The notes beneath the pieces were generated by a model. It was not told the DNA's origin. It was given only the letters and a program-made list of their open reading frames with translations, and searched no databases. This document shows positions 22,668-34,674 of a stretch of DNA of 64,000 nt, one piece after another (positions within the stretch are counted from its first letter, which is position 1; each line of letters begins with the position of its first letter). The DNA is from Macrostomum lignano. Taxonomy: Eukaryota. The stretch spans positions 45,670 through 109,669 of the forward strand of contig NIVC01001117.1 of assembly GCA_002269645.1 (NCBI GenBank). The letters are read 5' to 3'. The position numbers and the translations under genes are program-made.

Positions 22668-23480
22668 TTACACGGTGCTGTCGCCAAACGGGCCACCAGA
22701 CCGAGCCGTGCTGGCCTTGTAGTCTCCGCTAGTCGGATCATAATAACTGCCCGGTCCCTTGGCCACAGTGGACGGGCCAGGCAGACCGGACAGTCCCTTG
22801 TCCTCCTGGTCGGCCAGCAGGTAGTCTAGCTCGTCCTGGTCCAGGTAGCGAATCACAATGAATGCCACGGTGAACAGGCTGGCAAAGTTGGCCACGCAGG
22901 CGAGGCCATAGGAGAAGCCCAGCCTATTGTGGTCCGGCTTGGGCATCCATTCTCTATCCAGGCTTTTCACTCCGACCAAGATTAGCTGAAGCAGCACGCA
23001 GAAGGTGGCGAGCGACTGGCAGATGGCGCAGACGCGCAGCAGTTTCCAGTCGGCGGGCTCTCGCAGTACCTGCTTGTTGATGAATCGGCGACAGGCCAGC
23101 CGGCTGATGATCAGAGTGGCCAGCAGCATGCAGATAAGGGCCACAATGCCCATCATTTGCACAGCGTAGAACCATGGCGGATTCAACCAGGATCGAATGT
23201 AATAGTACTCAGGATAGTAGATGTACCAGCAGCCAGAATAGGCCTTGGACACGTAGTCCTCTGGGTGGATATAGTTATTGAAGCACGACACCCACAGGCC
23301 TAGTCTAGTGAATGTACTTTTCATAGCTGGATCAGATTCGATCCAATAGGGCGTGACAAAGGCAACAAGGTAGAGTATGGAGCCAACCACTGAGCTGACT
23401 AGGCTGCAGCGGAATGGCAGATCGCGCGGCAGCTGGCCATACTGGACTGGCTGCTGGTCATATCCTTGATAGCTGTGCAT
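22668..23480 (-). CDS. Claudin-family 4TM protein (Pickel/Sinuous/Kune-kune-like), intronless, 270 aa
   Basis: Four hydrophobic segments; W-(x)-LGLWVSCF..GCW extracellular loop signature; NPPWFYAVQ; C-terminal DSTV PDZ-binding motif. Confidence 0.9.
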   Translation of the reverse strand: MHSYQGYDQQPVQYGQLPRDLPFRCSLVSSVVGSILYLVAFVTPYWIESDPAMKSTFTRLGLWVSCFNNYIHPEDYVSKAYSGCWYIYYPEYYYIRSWLNPPWFYAVQMMGIVALICMLLATLIISRLACRRFINKQVLREPADWKLLRVCAICQSLATFCVLLQLILVGVKSLDREWMPKPDHNRLGFSYGLACVANFASLFTVAFIVIRYLDQDELDYLLADQEDKGLSGLPGPSTVAKGPGSYYDPTSGDYKASTARSGGPFGDSTV

Positions 23481-23793
23481 TAGCTGGAGCTCAGGAGTAT
23501 GCAGTGTAAGGAGTCAACATTATACATTATAAACATTATAACTTATGCAAATACAAAAGGGCAGCCTGTCTAAAAGAAGCTTGAGTCGGATTGGATGTAT
23601 TACTAAATAAAAGCCATACTTTAAGCAACATAAATTGTTTTAAATTTCAATGTAATTTCTTTTCTATGTTATTTCTATGAAATAGAAAGTTCTAGTATAC
23701 GTAGTCTAGTCTAGTTTAATTATAATATATTGTTTATAATTAAAACATATTATTCATTTTATAAATAATATTTGACAGACACATGCTTGGTCG

Positions 23794-23943
23794 CAACCTA
23801 GGGAGTCACCCGGCCATTTCTATTGGCAACACACACATCATTATCGCTATTGGACGAAATAGTAGTCATGTAACTGCTCTCAGACAATAGCGACTTACAT
23901 GTGTGTGTTGCCAATAGAAACGGCCGAGTAATTCCCAAGGTTG
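23794..23943. mobile_element. 150-bp imperfect inverted repeat (MITE-like foldback)
   Basis: caacctagggagtcacccggccatttctattggcaacacacacat pairs with atgtgtgtgttgccaatagaaacggccgagtaattcccaaggttg. Confidence 0.65.
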
Positions 23944-24069
23944 TGCATGTATGGACAGACATGTTTATAAAATCTATTTGATTGTCGACTTGGTTAACTA
24001 AAAGAAGTCACAATATTATAAACAAGGGAATTAAAAGCGTTATACTAATCACCACACTCTGCCCTAAAG

Positions 24070-24660
24070 GATCATGCACCTGAAGGATCAGAGACCTGAA
24101 GGATAATGCACCTGAGTGAATAGACCTAAAGGATTATAGACCTGAAGGATCAGAGACCTAAAGGATCTGAGACCTAAAGGATCTGAGACCTGAAGGATCA
24201 GGGACCTGAAGGATCAGGGACCTGAAGGATCAGGGACCTGAAGGATCAGGGACCTGAAGGATCAGGGACCTGAAGGATCAGGGACCTGAAGGATCAGGGA
24301 CCTGAAGGATCAGGGACCTGAAGGATCAGGGACCTGAAGGATCAGGGACCTGAAGGATCAGGGACCTGAAGGATCAGGGACCTGAAGGATCAGGGACCTG
24401 AAGGATCAGGGACCTGAAGGATCAGGGACCTGAAGGATCAGGGACCTGAAGGATCAGGGACCTGAAGGATCAGGGACCTGAAGGATCAGGGACCTGAAGG
24501 ATCAGGGACCTGAAGGATCAGGGACCTGAAGGATCAGGGACCTGAAGTATAAAGGAGCTGAAAAATCAGGGACCCAAAGGATCAGGGACCTGAAGGATCA
24601 TGCCCTTAAAGGATTAGACCAATAGGATCAAAGACCTTAATGATTAGAGACCTGATGACT
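24070..24660. repeat. 16-bp minisatellite (gggacctgaaggatca), homogeneous core with degenerate edges
   Basis: Direct reading. Confidence 0.95.
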
Positions 24661-25364
24661 CCAGATCATATAGTATATGCCAAAAATTTGGGTGCATTGG
24701 CATTGCATGCTAAAAGTTAGGCCTATATAGTTGGTGCATTCTTAGGTGCACTCCTAAGAAAATAATGTGCAAGCATACCAGGCATGCACTTTGTAGTATC
24801 ATGTCAAAGAGTTAGTATAAAGTGGAAAAAAGATTGAAAAGTTTATTTTTAATTGTAAATTTCATATTTTCCGATTTTTAACCTTGTAATAAAGCATTTA
24901 AACAAATTGTTGTGCATATATATTTCCCCTAAAGTAATAAAGGCAAGAATGATAAATAATCAACCAAATTATCAGTTAAAAAGGGTCTATTACGCAATGC
25001 AAAAAGATCATTTTTGGTCACAAATGTAAATAGGTCATTTATGATTTATTGTTGCAACACTGGCCTAGATTTGAGAGTGTAGACATGCACTTAGAATTTT
25101 TTGGCATTTATTTGTAATTGTTTAATTTTTGCTTAGGTGTGCAGCCAGCATGATCCAGACTATGGACTAACTAAAATCAAAGGCTAAGTATGCCCTATAA
25201 GTATTTACCACAAATATAAACTTAGATATCTAGAAAGTTTTATTATTATTTGAGTACAAGACTTTACTAGCTGCTTGATTCAAATACCCCTTTATAATAG
25301 ATTCTAGGAAATGAATGTACTATAAGTATATGTATAATCTTATTATTTTTAAATTATTATCAAA

Positions 25365-25804
25365 GGCAGCTGTTATTGTTACGGTGACCATTTAAATAGG
25401 AAGACAGTTATTTTTACAGTCAATACTTAAAAACAAATATATATAAATGAAGTGACAAACTTGCTATCCAATTACTAAGATGGTTGAATTAAAAAAATAA
25501 AGAAATATGTTATGAATAAATACAATGGTAACTTCTAGTGGTTCTTGTCATGGTAGCTAACTTTAGCTAATTGGTAACTATTACATTGTTATTAAACTGA
25601 AATTTCTTCCACATGACTGATGACCATTAAAAATAGCCATTTTGCTTCTTACCTATTATGGTGAGGGTAAAAATAACAGTTTTGCTATTTATACAGTTAC
25701 ATTAAGTAAAGACCATAGGCCCAGATAGTGTCTTATGCGGTAACCGTAAAAATAACCATTTTATTATTTATATGGTCACGGTCACCGTAACAATAACAAC
25801 TGCC
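25365..25804. mobile_element. 440-bp MITE with 25-bp TIRs and 9-bp TSD
   Basis: TIR ggcagctgttattgttacggtgacc / ggtcaccgtaacaataacaactgcc (1 mismatch); TSD attatcaaa at 25356-25364 and 25805-25813. Confidence 0.9.
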
Positions 25805-27484
25805 ATTATCAAAATATGGCTAGTATAGATATAGAAAACAATCTAATTAGAAACAATTTGTTTATCAGACGATTTGATATTAGTAGCTCAAAAGGAAAAG
25901 TGTTTTATCACTTCTATATAGTTTATTGAATCAAAAAGCTCTGATAAACCTCTTACAGTTTATTAAGACCTTAAGTGAACAATTTATACTGACCATTAAT
26001 TTTTTTTTCTATAAGCAGACGGAAATTAAAAGGAAATATATCAAAGCGAGAGTGAATCAGTGATAAATTATAATGTTAGTAAATTTCAGCAAAATAATTA
26101 TCTTTGAATTTTAGAAGACAATGCCATTGGGAAATAAAGTCAGTCTAAAACAATTATGCAAAAAATTTAAGAATTTACTTCCTCATTTTAAATCTACTCA
26201 GCACAGTTTTCGGAACAAAAAAATTAAATTAATAACAATCAAAGTAATAAAGAATTACTTTTTGTATTTTAAGAAAGCTTATTAGGTTAGATTTTAGATT
26301 GTTTTTAAAACTTATATTAAAATATCGTTTTACCTGACAGTTCTACGAAAAGAAAGAATAATAGGGGCCTAATTTAAATTGGGGTCGCCCTGAAACCCCG
26401 CGGGTAAATCTCAAACACAGAAGTAAAAAAATTGACAAAAAATAAAAGTTCAGTGGCATGGAAAATAATGCTTTACATCTAAAGATAAAAGAATAATATA
26501 ATAATTTTTCTACTTAAAACCACAAGTAACCCTGAATTTCAAGAAAGAATGCTGTTTGTTTTTTCGAAGGGTATTTTGACAACGATTAATACCGAAGACA
26601 AACAGTTTGTTTATTTAACTCACAAAATTGTAATTTTTGTTTTGTTAGAGTTATCTTTCTACTGGTTAGTAGTATTCATTAAAATCTTTTTTGTTTTTGA
26701 GTAACATTTTGTTATAAATTGAAACTGTTTATAGTTACTAAATTTAACGTGCTATGAATCTGCCTGATTTATAAAATAAACGGAATACACGGTACTTAAA
26801 CCATTTTTAATATATATCGAAAACACATACCGTTGACGGACTGATAACGGACGGAATTTATTATTGATGGCAAAGAAACGATTTCAACTGGGTTATTTAT
26901 CTTTACTGAAATTTAATATGGCGATCGAAACCTGCAAATTGAAATTGCTAGAACTTGAAAATTCTTATAAATTTTCCTTTTGAACTTTTGGTTAAGGTTC
27001 CCATCACCGATCAAATATATTGTCTGTAGAATTATTGTATATTCCCCATTTAATTTCTACTTTTAAATACGCAAGCAAAAACAGACCGAAACAGATACTT
27101 GAACTGCACTGGACTTAGGAAGTGCAGACCATAAAAAATCAATGAAAAGCGTACAGCTACTGGCACTGGGAAAATGTAAAACAGTAAAAAACGAGCCAAA
27201 ATGATGCTGGCAAAAAAAGAAAAAACAGAAAAACTTGCAGATTGGAAAATACTATGCAAAGCAGATATGGCACTGAAAACTATAGGAGAAATGGAAATGG
27301 CAAAGCAATACTAAAGCAAAACTGGGAACTAAAACATATATATATATGTGTTTTGTCCTGTCCCTTTTCGCGGCTCCTGTACGTGCCTCCCATCAGTAGT
27401 ATAAAGTAAAGTAACCACTTGACTACTCTATCCCCGTGGGAAAACCCAGAACCTTAAGTATCGACAGCTGGGTACAAAAAATTA

Positions 27485-28130
27485 CAAGGGGCGTCTCAAA
27501 AGTTCGTGCAATCGATCCATTTCTACCACAGACATCGCTCTAGTCGCTGCAGCCGTTACCACAGCTGTCCTGCGACCAGCAGCAGTCGTTTCCTGCGCAC
27601 TTGAGCTATCTAGCTCGTATTTGCACCTTTCTCCTTTCTTAGCTCGCATTATAACCCCACCGCGATTGTCATCACCATTGCTTTCCCTCTTCGGCCGACG
27701 TCGCGGTTATGGGAGATGAACCGCAGGAAGAGCAGCGGTGGTAAATTAAATCTGAATGGCTGCGAGGAATGCCAGCTACACAAGTCACCTACAGCTTGTA
27801 GACGCGTACAGCAAGGATGAACTTTGCCAGCGCGATGTGTACAAGAGGTATGATCGCTTCAAGAGATGGCTGCACTTCGACTCTGAATGAGCCAAGATCT
27901 GGGAGACCCCGGAAAGTGCGGACCGAGAGCAGCATCAAACTCATCCGTGGTCTGCTGCAAAGAAATGGCGGAACTCAGTAAAGTTCCTTCATCCACCATC
28001 CACCAAACTCTCAAATGCATAGAGGACCTGTGGCTGCAGTACGTCACTGTTCGATGGGTGCCGCATCATCTCGATGACAGTCAGGAAGCTGGCAACAAGT
28101 CATCGTTGCCCAACAACTTTCTCGACGCTA
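27485..28130 (+). mobile_element. Mariner-like transposon relic (5' TIR and broken transposase N-terminus)
   Basis: TA|caaggggcgtctcaaaagttcgtgcaa terminus; broken frames give EEQR..IK, RFK..NEPRSGRPRK and the WVPHHL motif. Confidence 0.8.
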
Positions 28131-30864
28131 TCGACGAGAAAGCAGCGAGTTGTCAAAATTGGTTGTGTATATTGAATGACATTTACAGCTCAGCTCAAAG
28201 AGCAGGTGCTGCAGCAGCTGAATGTTGAAGTCAATTTGTGTATCTCAGAAACCATATAAGAATGAGTTATAATCATCTTCATGGTATCTGGTATCAATTT
28301 AAAGAAAATAAGTGTAGTAATTTTAAGAATGTCAACATTAAAAATTGCCAAAATTTACAAAAAGGCAGATAGACTCTCACTTTCTATTTTTGCATGTAAA
28401 CACCGAGATAGCAGAGTTCAATTGAAAATGACTAAATAGAATAATATATATGGCATTCAGATTGCAAGGTAAACATATACTGCTACATATAGAAATAAAT
28501 ACAAATAGAAGTAGATAGACTATGCTAGTGTTACTTGTAATGAACTTAACATACTCGTACAACGAATTACGCTGCTCCTTCGGATCTAGCATTAGATATG
28601 CTTCTTAATTAAAAAGGCTTTCTAAGGGGTCATTAAATACAATTAAAATATCCAATACCAGCATTCTTTTTACTTTGACCTAAGCATATGATCTATTTCT
28701 AAGGGTTCCTGCCATACCTATTGTCCTTTGCTTATGCTAGCCAAAACAGCATTCAAATATGGTGATATTAGAGGAACATACTAAATAGATTGGCAGGAAT
28801 AAATTAAAATTTTTCTGTGGATTACTGAGCATTAGAGCTCAAGATATACTCATAAGATCAAAAGTGAATATCATTAGAAGTGAATCATCACAGATTTTCA
28901 CACAAACATATACATAAACAAAACTGCTTACTTAAGTATGCTACTTGGCTATAAATGGTTAAAACCCAATATAATGAACTTAATAAGGTCTATACTTCTT
29001 TAGTAAAATCACAAGAACATGCAATGAAAAACTACTCTTTGTTTAGTATTTTTCTACATAATTAGAAGATTTAGGAACATTTACATGCTTATGAGCTGAG
29101 TAAACTTACACCTTACAGGAAATTTTGTGCTTATGAAAAAAGTCTAAATGTAACATCAATAGGCATAAGTAAGTAACAGTGCATTGACAGTCGCAGATAA
29201 AATGGAATAACAATATTTAAAATGTATCTGAAAGAATGAATCACTGAAGATCATAATGGTTGGCATTGTTTATCAGAAAACTTACACCTTACAGGAATTT
29301 TTTAACAGTAGACAAATATCATGCAATCGAGACAGGGCCAAATAAGTTCATAAATATTGAAAACACAGCGGTAAAACATCCACAAGCTCACAGATGAAGG
29401 TTTTCCCCAATATTTTCAGTCATTTTCCCATAGACAAATATATTACACGTGCACAAAAAAACATTATGAAACAAAAAAACGTACTTAAGATACAAGTCAG
29501 AAAAATACGTTTTTGGTCGCTATCGCCACAAAAAAACATAAACTCTGACTAAAAGTTTAAAAAAATATTTTTTAATCAGTTTTTTATGAACGAAAGTTAA
29601 ATTCATGTACAATTGCTTCTAATTTAACAATGAAATTCCTGATGTAAGAAAAAATTTGTTTATAACTTACGTACATTTCAATCTGAGATTTACCCCCGCG
29701 CGGCTGTATCCCTAAAACAACGTCACGCACCGCACTGCGCCCCGCAGCAGTTTTAGGGAGTTTTAGTTTTAGGGAGACCCTTAAATTTGTGGCATCTTTA
29801 TACTGGTCCACCATCGATGCCATAGACCATAGCCATAGCATAATTGATTGAAGTTGGAGAAACAACCATACTCATGCTGTACTAGATAGCAGAAAATTTT
29901 GCTTGAGCTAACTCTTCTCTTACTACTATTACTTAAACATTTATTATAATTGATTATAAAATCATTTAAATAAAAAATAAAACTTGTTTTTATAAAAGTG
30001 GTAACTTTGTCTATTTATTTGACCATGTTCCATCTTGTATTGTAATGTTGACAAATCAAGCATTGTCATCCTTTAATTTGATCTTTGAGCTTTGAGCTTT
30101 TGACCTACTTAGCCCTAAGTTTTAGTTTTAGTTTTACCTAAAACACTAAAATTTAGTTCTATTGAAACAATAACAAATGAAAATAATTCTCATTTAAATT
30201 TGAATTAAAAATTAGGCCTAGCTAAACTTTCTTTTGCCTTTGTTTTTGTCCTTAGGGGGCCTACCTCTTTAGAAACTTCTCAAGTGATCTTAAGTGAAGA
30301 TCTAGAAAATTTTTGAAAGGGAGGGGCAAGCAATATCTACACTTTTCAATGCCTGTGCTTTTTGGTGCCTAGCATTTTGGTAGGGATGCCATCAAAATGG
30401 CCACACGTGGAATAGCCACTTGACAGAATGGCCACATAAAACAAAAAATGTTGCAGGTCTATCACATTTTGTACTATTAGGACACCATATATAATAGTCT
30501 GTAATAGAAGTTGAAAATGCTTAATTGAAGTTTGTAATCAACAAAAAGGGGGTGGAGCTACTATCTACTTTTGTGATCAATTTAACTTTTGTAGTAAATT
30601 TTATTTTGTGATACTTTGTAAATCATTTTAGCATTTTTTTAATTAAACTTTCTTACTCTGTAACATATGCTACAACTAAGAAAAAAGCAGTGGAATGAAG
30701 TATAAAAACAAGTGGTAAGGTATATTGCTCTGGCTTCTTAGCTTAGTGCTATAGAACTATATTTTATTGTTATGGCATTTGGTATAGATCCTATTCATTT
30801 CGTCAACTGCCATTTTGTTAACTGGACACATTGTCAACCTGTTCCCCATATTGGTTGTTTTGTT

Positions 30865-31535
30865 GGCTTCCAGACAGTTCGGCAACAAAACAATCTAGCG
30901 ACAGACAATCTGGCAACAATCAATCCGGCAACAGACAATCTGGCGACAGATATTAAATCAACATATATCAGGATACATATAGATTAGTTAAGCTATTATT
31001 TTAGCTTTTTATTATTTTTTCATAATAATACTATTATTATTATGTTATAATTATATATATTATACTAATATTATCCATGCAGCATTTGTTACGTTAAATG
31101 TGGGTTACGTGTATGTGTTAAAAATAACACATACAAGTTGCTGTGCGAATAGCAATTTTTTGGTTCTTCGACTCTTGAATATTGACACAAATACAATATA
31201 TACAACAATATTGATCATAGTCATACAAACTTGCTTTCCAAGCAGATTAAATTGATTGATTGTCTTTGAAAATAACATATTGAAAATCATCAGCTACTTA
31301 CAGCTGTAAAAATATAACTGCAAAAATTATAGTTTATGTAATTGTTATTTAATTATTTAAGTATTAATAGGTAATAATAAAGAGCTAAAAATATTGTAAT
31401 AGCTGAAATAATCCATATATATGCTGATATATGTTGATTTATTATCTGTCGCCGGATTGTCTGTCGCCGGGCCGGATTGACTGTCGCCGGATCGTCTGTT
31501 GCATGATCGTCTTGTCGCTGGATTGACTGGATACC
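30865..31535. mobile_element. MITE with long imperfect inverted arms and subterminal gacaatccggcgaca repeats
   Basis: 30865-30990 is the reverse complement of about 31400-31535; no clean TSD found. Confidence 0.65.
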
Positions 31536-32792
31536 ATTTTGTCAACCAACCAATAAGATACTTTCAAAGCTTGGTTATTTCATCAACTGTTCAATGGGAC
31601 AATGTCAACTTTTGGTCACTTCGTCAATTGCCAATAATACATGCCCCACATAAAACTTTTTTCCCTTCCGACTTGTATTCTTAGAGGCTGCAATGATTGA
31701 CACAGTATCTCTAAAACTACATGTTGTTTTAGTCTTTAAAACCACTGTATTCAGTTGCATGTTTATTCAATGCAGCCCTCCTCCTTTCTCAATGCAGCCC
31801 TCTCTCAGGCTTGGGACCAGACAATGGCAGAGTTATTGCCACAAAAATGCAGTTTGCATGGTAAAAAAAGGAAAAATGCATTGCACAAAATCATAAAAAG
31901 CACAAAGGCCACCACAAAGGTCACAATCAAATATAAAGCTAAAGATATGCACAGAATGTACAGTTATTTACAGGATTTATTTTGCTGTCTATTTGTTATT
32001 TGTAAAGAACAAGGATTCTATCCAAATATCCCCTATCGGGGGGGCAAAGATTGCTAGTAACTTACCAAGAGGAACAAAGTGAAATGAAATCATGAAATGA
32101 AATGAAATATATATATATATATATAGTGTTAAAAAAGGCCATAACCCTCTCTAATCTTGGCAATATCTAAATTGAATAGTTAGATAACTAAAATATTTCT
32201 AGGAAGAGATGAGATGAGACAAGATAGAAGTCACAAAAAAAATAATGCTAATAGGTAACAAGTAAGAAACACCAAAAACATATTCTCAGACTAATATTTA
32301 GACTTAGTGTATGTAATACTTATCCTCAAAATTTAATCTAAAGAATTGAGGTTAAAAAATCTATGCTTAGACTAGTCTTGTAACAACTTCAAGGGTATTT
32401 AGTGACTTAGTCATGAGTCCTACTGTAGAAAATTTTTGTGTTAGCAAAAGGACATAAGAATTTATCAAAAGACTAAAAGACAAGACAAATAGCTATTATA
32501 ACTTTGGTATCAGCTTTAAGGTAGAATTAAAAGTCTCTTAGATGTATTAGAAATCTCTAAGAAAACTGAAGTCTAGGCAATAAAAGTTTTTGCAAGCTCT
32601 TTATTCTGTTAATTATATAAATTAGGATAGATATTTGTGCAAATTATCTACCCAATATAATACTAAATAAATTACAGCTTGGATCTTTGATTAGATCCAA
32701 TGTTAAGCATAAAAAACATTAAATTTACCCAACTGGATTTTGATTGTGACAATGACTTTAACTATATATATGCATACAAAAATATTTACCTC

Positions 32793-33902
32793 ATGTCTAC
32801 CTCACTGCAACTGCCCTCAACAACAGATGAGGAGGCATCAGCCTCCGCCTATGCCAAATTTCTAATCATAGCCGATAATATCAAGCGTACCACGCGTACT
32901 GGCTGGCAGCTTCGAGGCCTGAACAATGTGGAAACTGTTGCCAGCCACATGTGGTCCATGGCTGCTGAAGCTGCAGTCCGCTTGCCAGCCTGGCCCGGCT
33001 GCTCCGGAGCCAACCAGGACCGCCTAGTAGAGCTCTGCATTGTACACGATCTGGCCGAAGCTGTTGTAGGCGACCTGACGCCACACTGCGGTGTGCCGCC
33101 GGACGAGAAGCTCAGACGCGAACAGGCCGCACTGAATAGCATGGCCGCCAATTTGAGCCGGGAGTCATCGGCTAAGCTAATTAGCCTGTTCGCTGAGTAC
33201 AATGCTCAGGCTACAGTAGAGGCCCGTCTAGCTAAAGAATTAGATAGATTAGACATGTGCTGCCAGGCGGCTTATTACCAATTGACCCGGCCAAACTGTC
33301 CGAATCTGTCCGAGTTCACCCGATCCTGTCTGTCAAAAACCAGCATTAGCGGTGTGTCCAGTCGAATTCGTTCGGCAAATGTTTTTGTTGAATCCGCCAA
33401 GTCTAGCGAGACTGACAGTGCTGAGATTCCATTCGAACAGTTGACTCTGTTCTCCAGGTACAAAGAGATGAGATTAATGCCATTACAGCTGCCGTCCACA
33501 GCCAGTTGGCAACCGGGACCAGTTCCGCTAGGCTGTCATCAGTACATGGTGTGCCTGATAGCGCTGACCCTGCCTAAGCATTGTTTGCCGATGCTTGCAG
33601 ACACCGGAGCAGCCGAACTTGTTCGCACTGTAGGCTCCGCTAACTTCTATGATGACGGCTCTGTAGCCTTCAGCAAACTGGATCTGCTCGATTCTGATAG
33701 CCTGGCCTGTCCGTTCGACTCCGCCAATTCGGTTGCTAAGGACGCTTCGGCTAGCGGACAGTTGCTTAGCGATTTAGTTTGGTTAGATGTAGCTTTGACT
33801 GCGCGCAGCGCTGGCGCATCAGCTGCTGCCGCGGCTAGCGGACTGCCTAGTCGGATTAGTCTGTCTTACCTGCGGCAGGTGTGCGAACACGTGTTGCACT
33901 AG
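32793..33902 (+). CDS. HDDC2: HD-domain 5'-deoxynucleotidase HDDC2-like protein with C-terminal degenerate HD repeat; intronless
   Basis: KRTTRTGW..ETVASHMW..LCIVHDLAEAVVGDLTP..EARLAKELDRLDMCCQA. Likely ATG at 32793; the supplied ORF start at 32700 is AT-rich upstream sequence. Confidence 0.9.
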   Translation: MSTSLQLPSTTDEEASASAYAKFLIIADNIKRTTRTGWQLRGLNNVETVASHMWSMAAEAAVRLPAWPGCSGANQDRLVELCIVHDLAEAVVGDLTPHCGVPPDEKLRREQAALNSMAANLSRESSAKLISLFAEYNAQATVEARLAKELDRLDMCCQAAYYQLTRPNCPNLSEFTRSCLSKTSISGVSSRIRSANVFVESAKSSETDSAEIPFEQLTLFSRYKEMRLMPLQLPSTASWQPGPVPLGCHQYMVCLIALTLPKHCLPMLADTGAAELVRTVGSANFYDDGSVAFSKLDLLDSDSLACPFDSANSVAKDASASGQLLSDLVWLDVALTARSAGASAAAAASGLPSRISLSYLRQVCEHVLH

Positions 33903-34084
33903 TTGAAGCTTTTCAGTTTCTAGCGAATTTCTGTTTGCATTAAATTTGAATGGCTTGCTATTATTGTCTGATGACTATTCACTCTACCACTACTAGAATG
34001 AGTCAGGAAGTTCGTTTTGGTTTGCACGAGTTTTTTCTAGGTTTTTATTTTTAGTTGACACATTTAATTAATATTGATAAAAAA

Positions 34085-34085
34085 G

Positions 34086-34116
<31 letters not shown>

Positions 34117-34134
34117 GATAGATAGATAGATAGG

Positions 34135-34198
<64 letters not shown>

Positions 34199-34244
34199 CA
34201 GATAGATAGATAGATAGACAGATAGATAGATAGACAGACAGATG

Positions 34245-34307
<63 letters not shown>

Positions 34308-34312
34308 GGATG

Positions 34313-34386
<74 letters not shown>

Positions 34387-34387
34387 C

Positions 34388-34425
<38 letters not shown>

Positions 34426-34430
34426 GTAGG

Positions 34431-34473
<43 letters not shown>

Positions 34474-34478
34474 GTAGG

Positions 34479-34518
<40 letters not shown>

Positions 34519-34538
34519 CAGACAGATAGAAAGATAGA
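34085..34538. repeat. (GATA)n microsatellite between HDDC2 and PPOX
   Basis: Direct reading. Confidence 0.95.
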
Positions 34539-34674
34539 TCCGTATAAAAAGTCTGCATCCGCATGCCACATAAGCCAGTAGTGAATGGCGTATCCTAGGT
34601 TACAGCTAATAAGAACTTCACGGCAATTTGAAAAGGCCAGTTTCCCTTTCCAAATTTGCAGCGGCTAACCAGCC

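Noticed and set aside
26830-26900. TDNG(T)EF integrase-like words
   Set aside because: Needs a frameshift, and the surrounding frames have no integrase context
26370-29780. Short inverted similarity (gcgggtaaatctca; aatttaa..gggtc.ccct) at 26370-26415 and 29680-29780
   Set aside because: Too short and diverged to define TIRs; no TSD
32700-32792. N-terminal extension of HDDC2 given by the ORF track
   Set aside because: AT-rich, unlike the codon usage of the rest; ATG at 32793 fits the family start better
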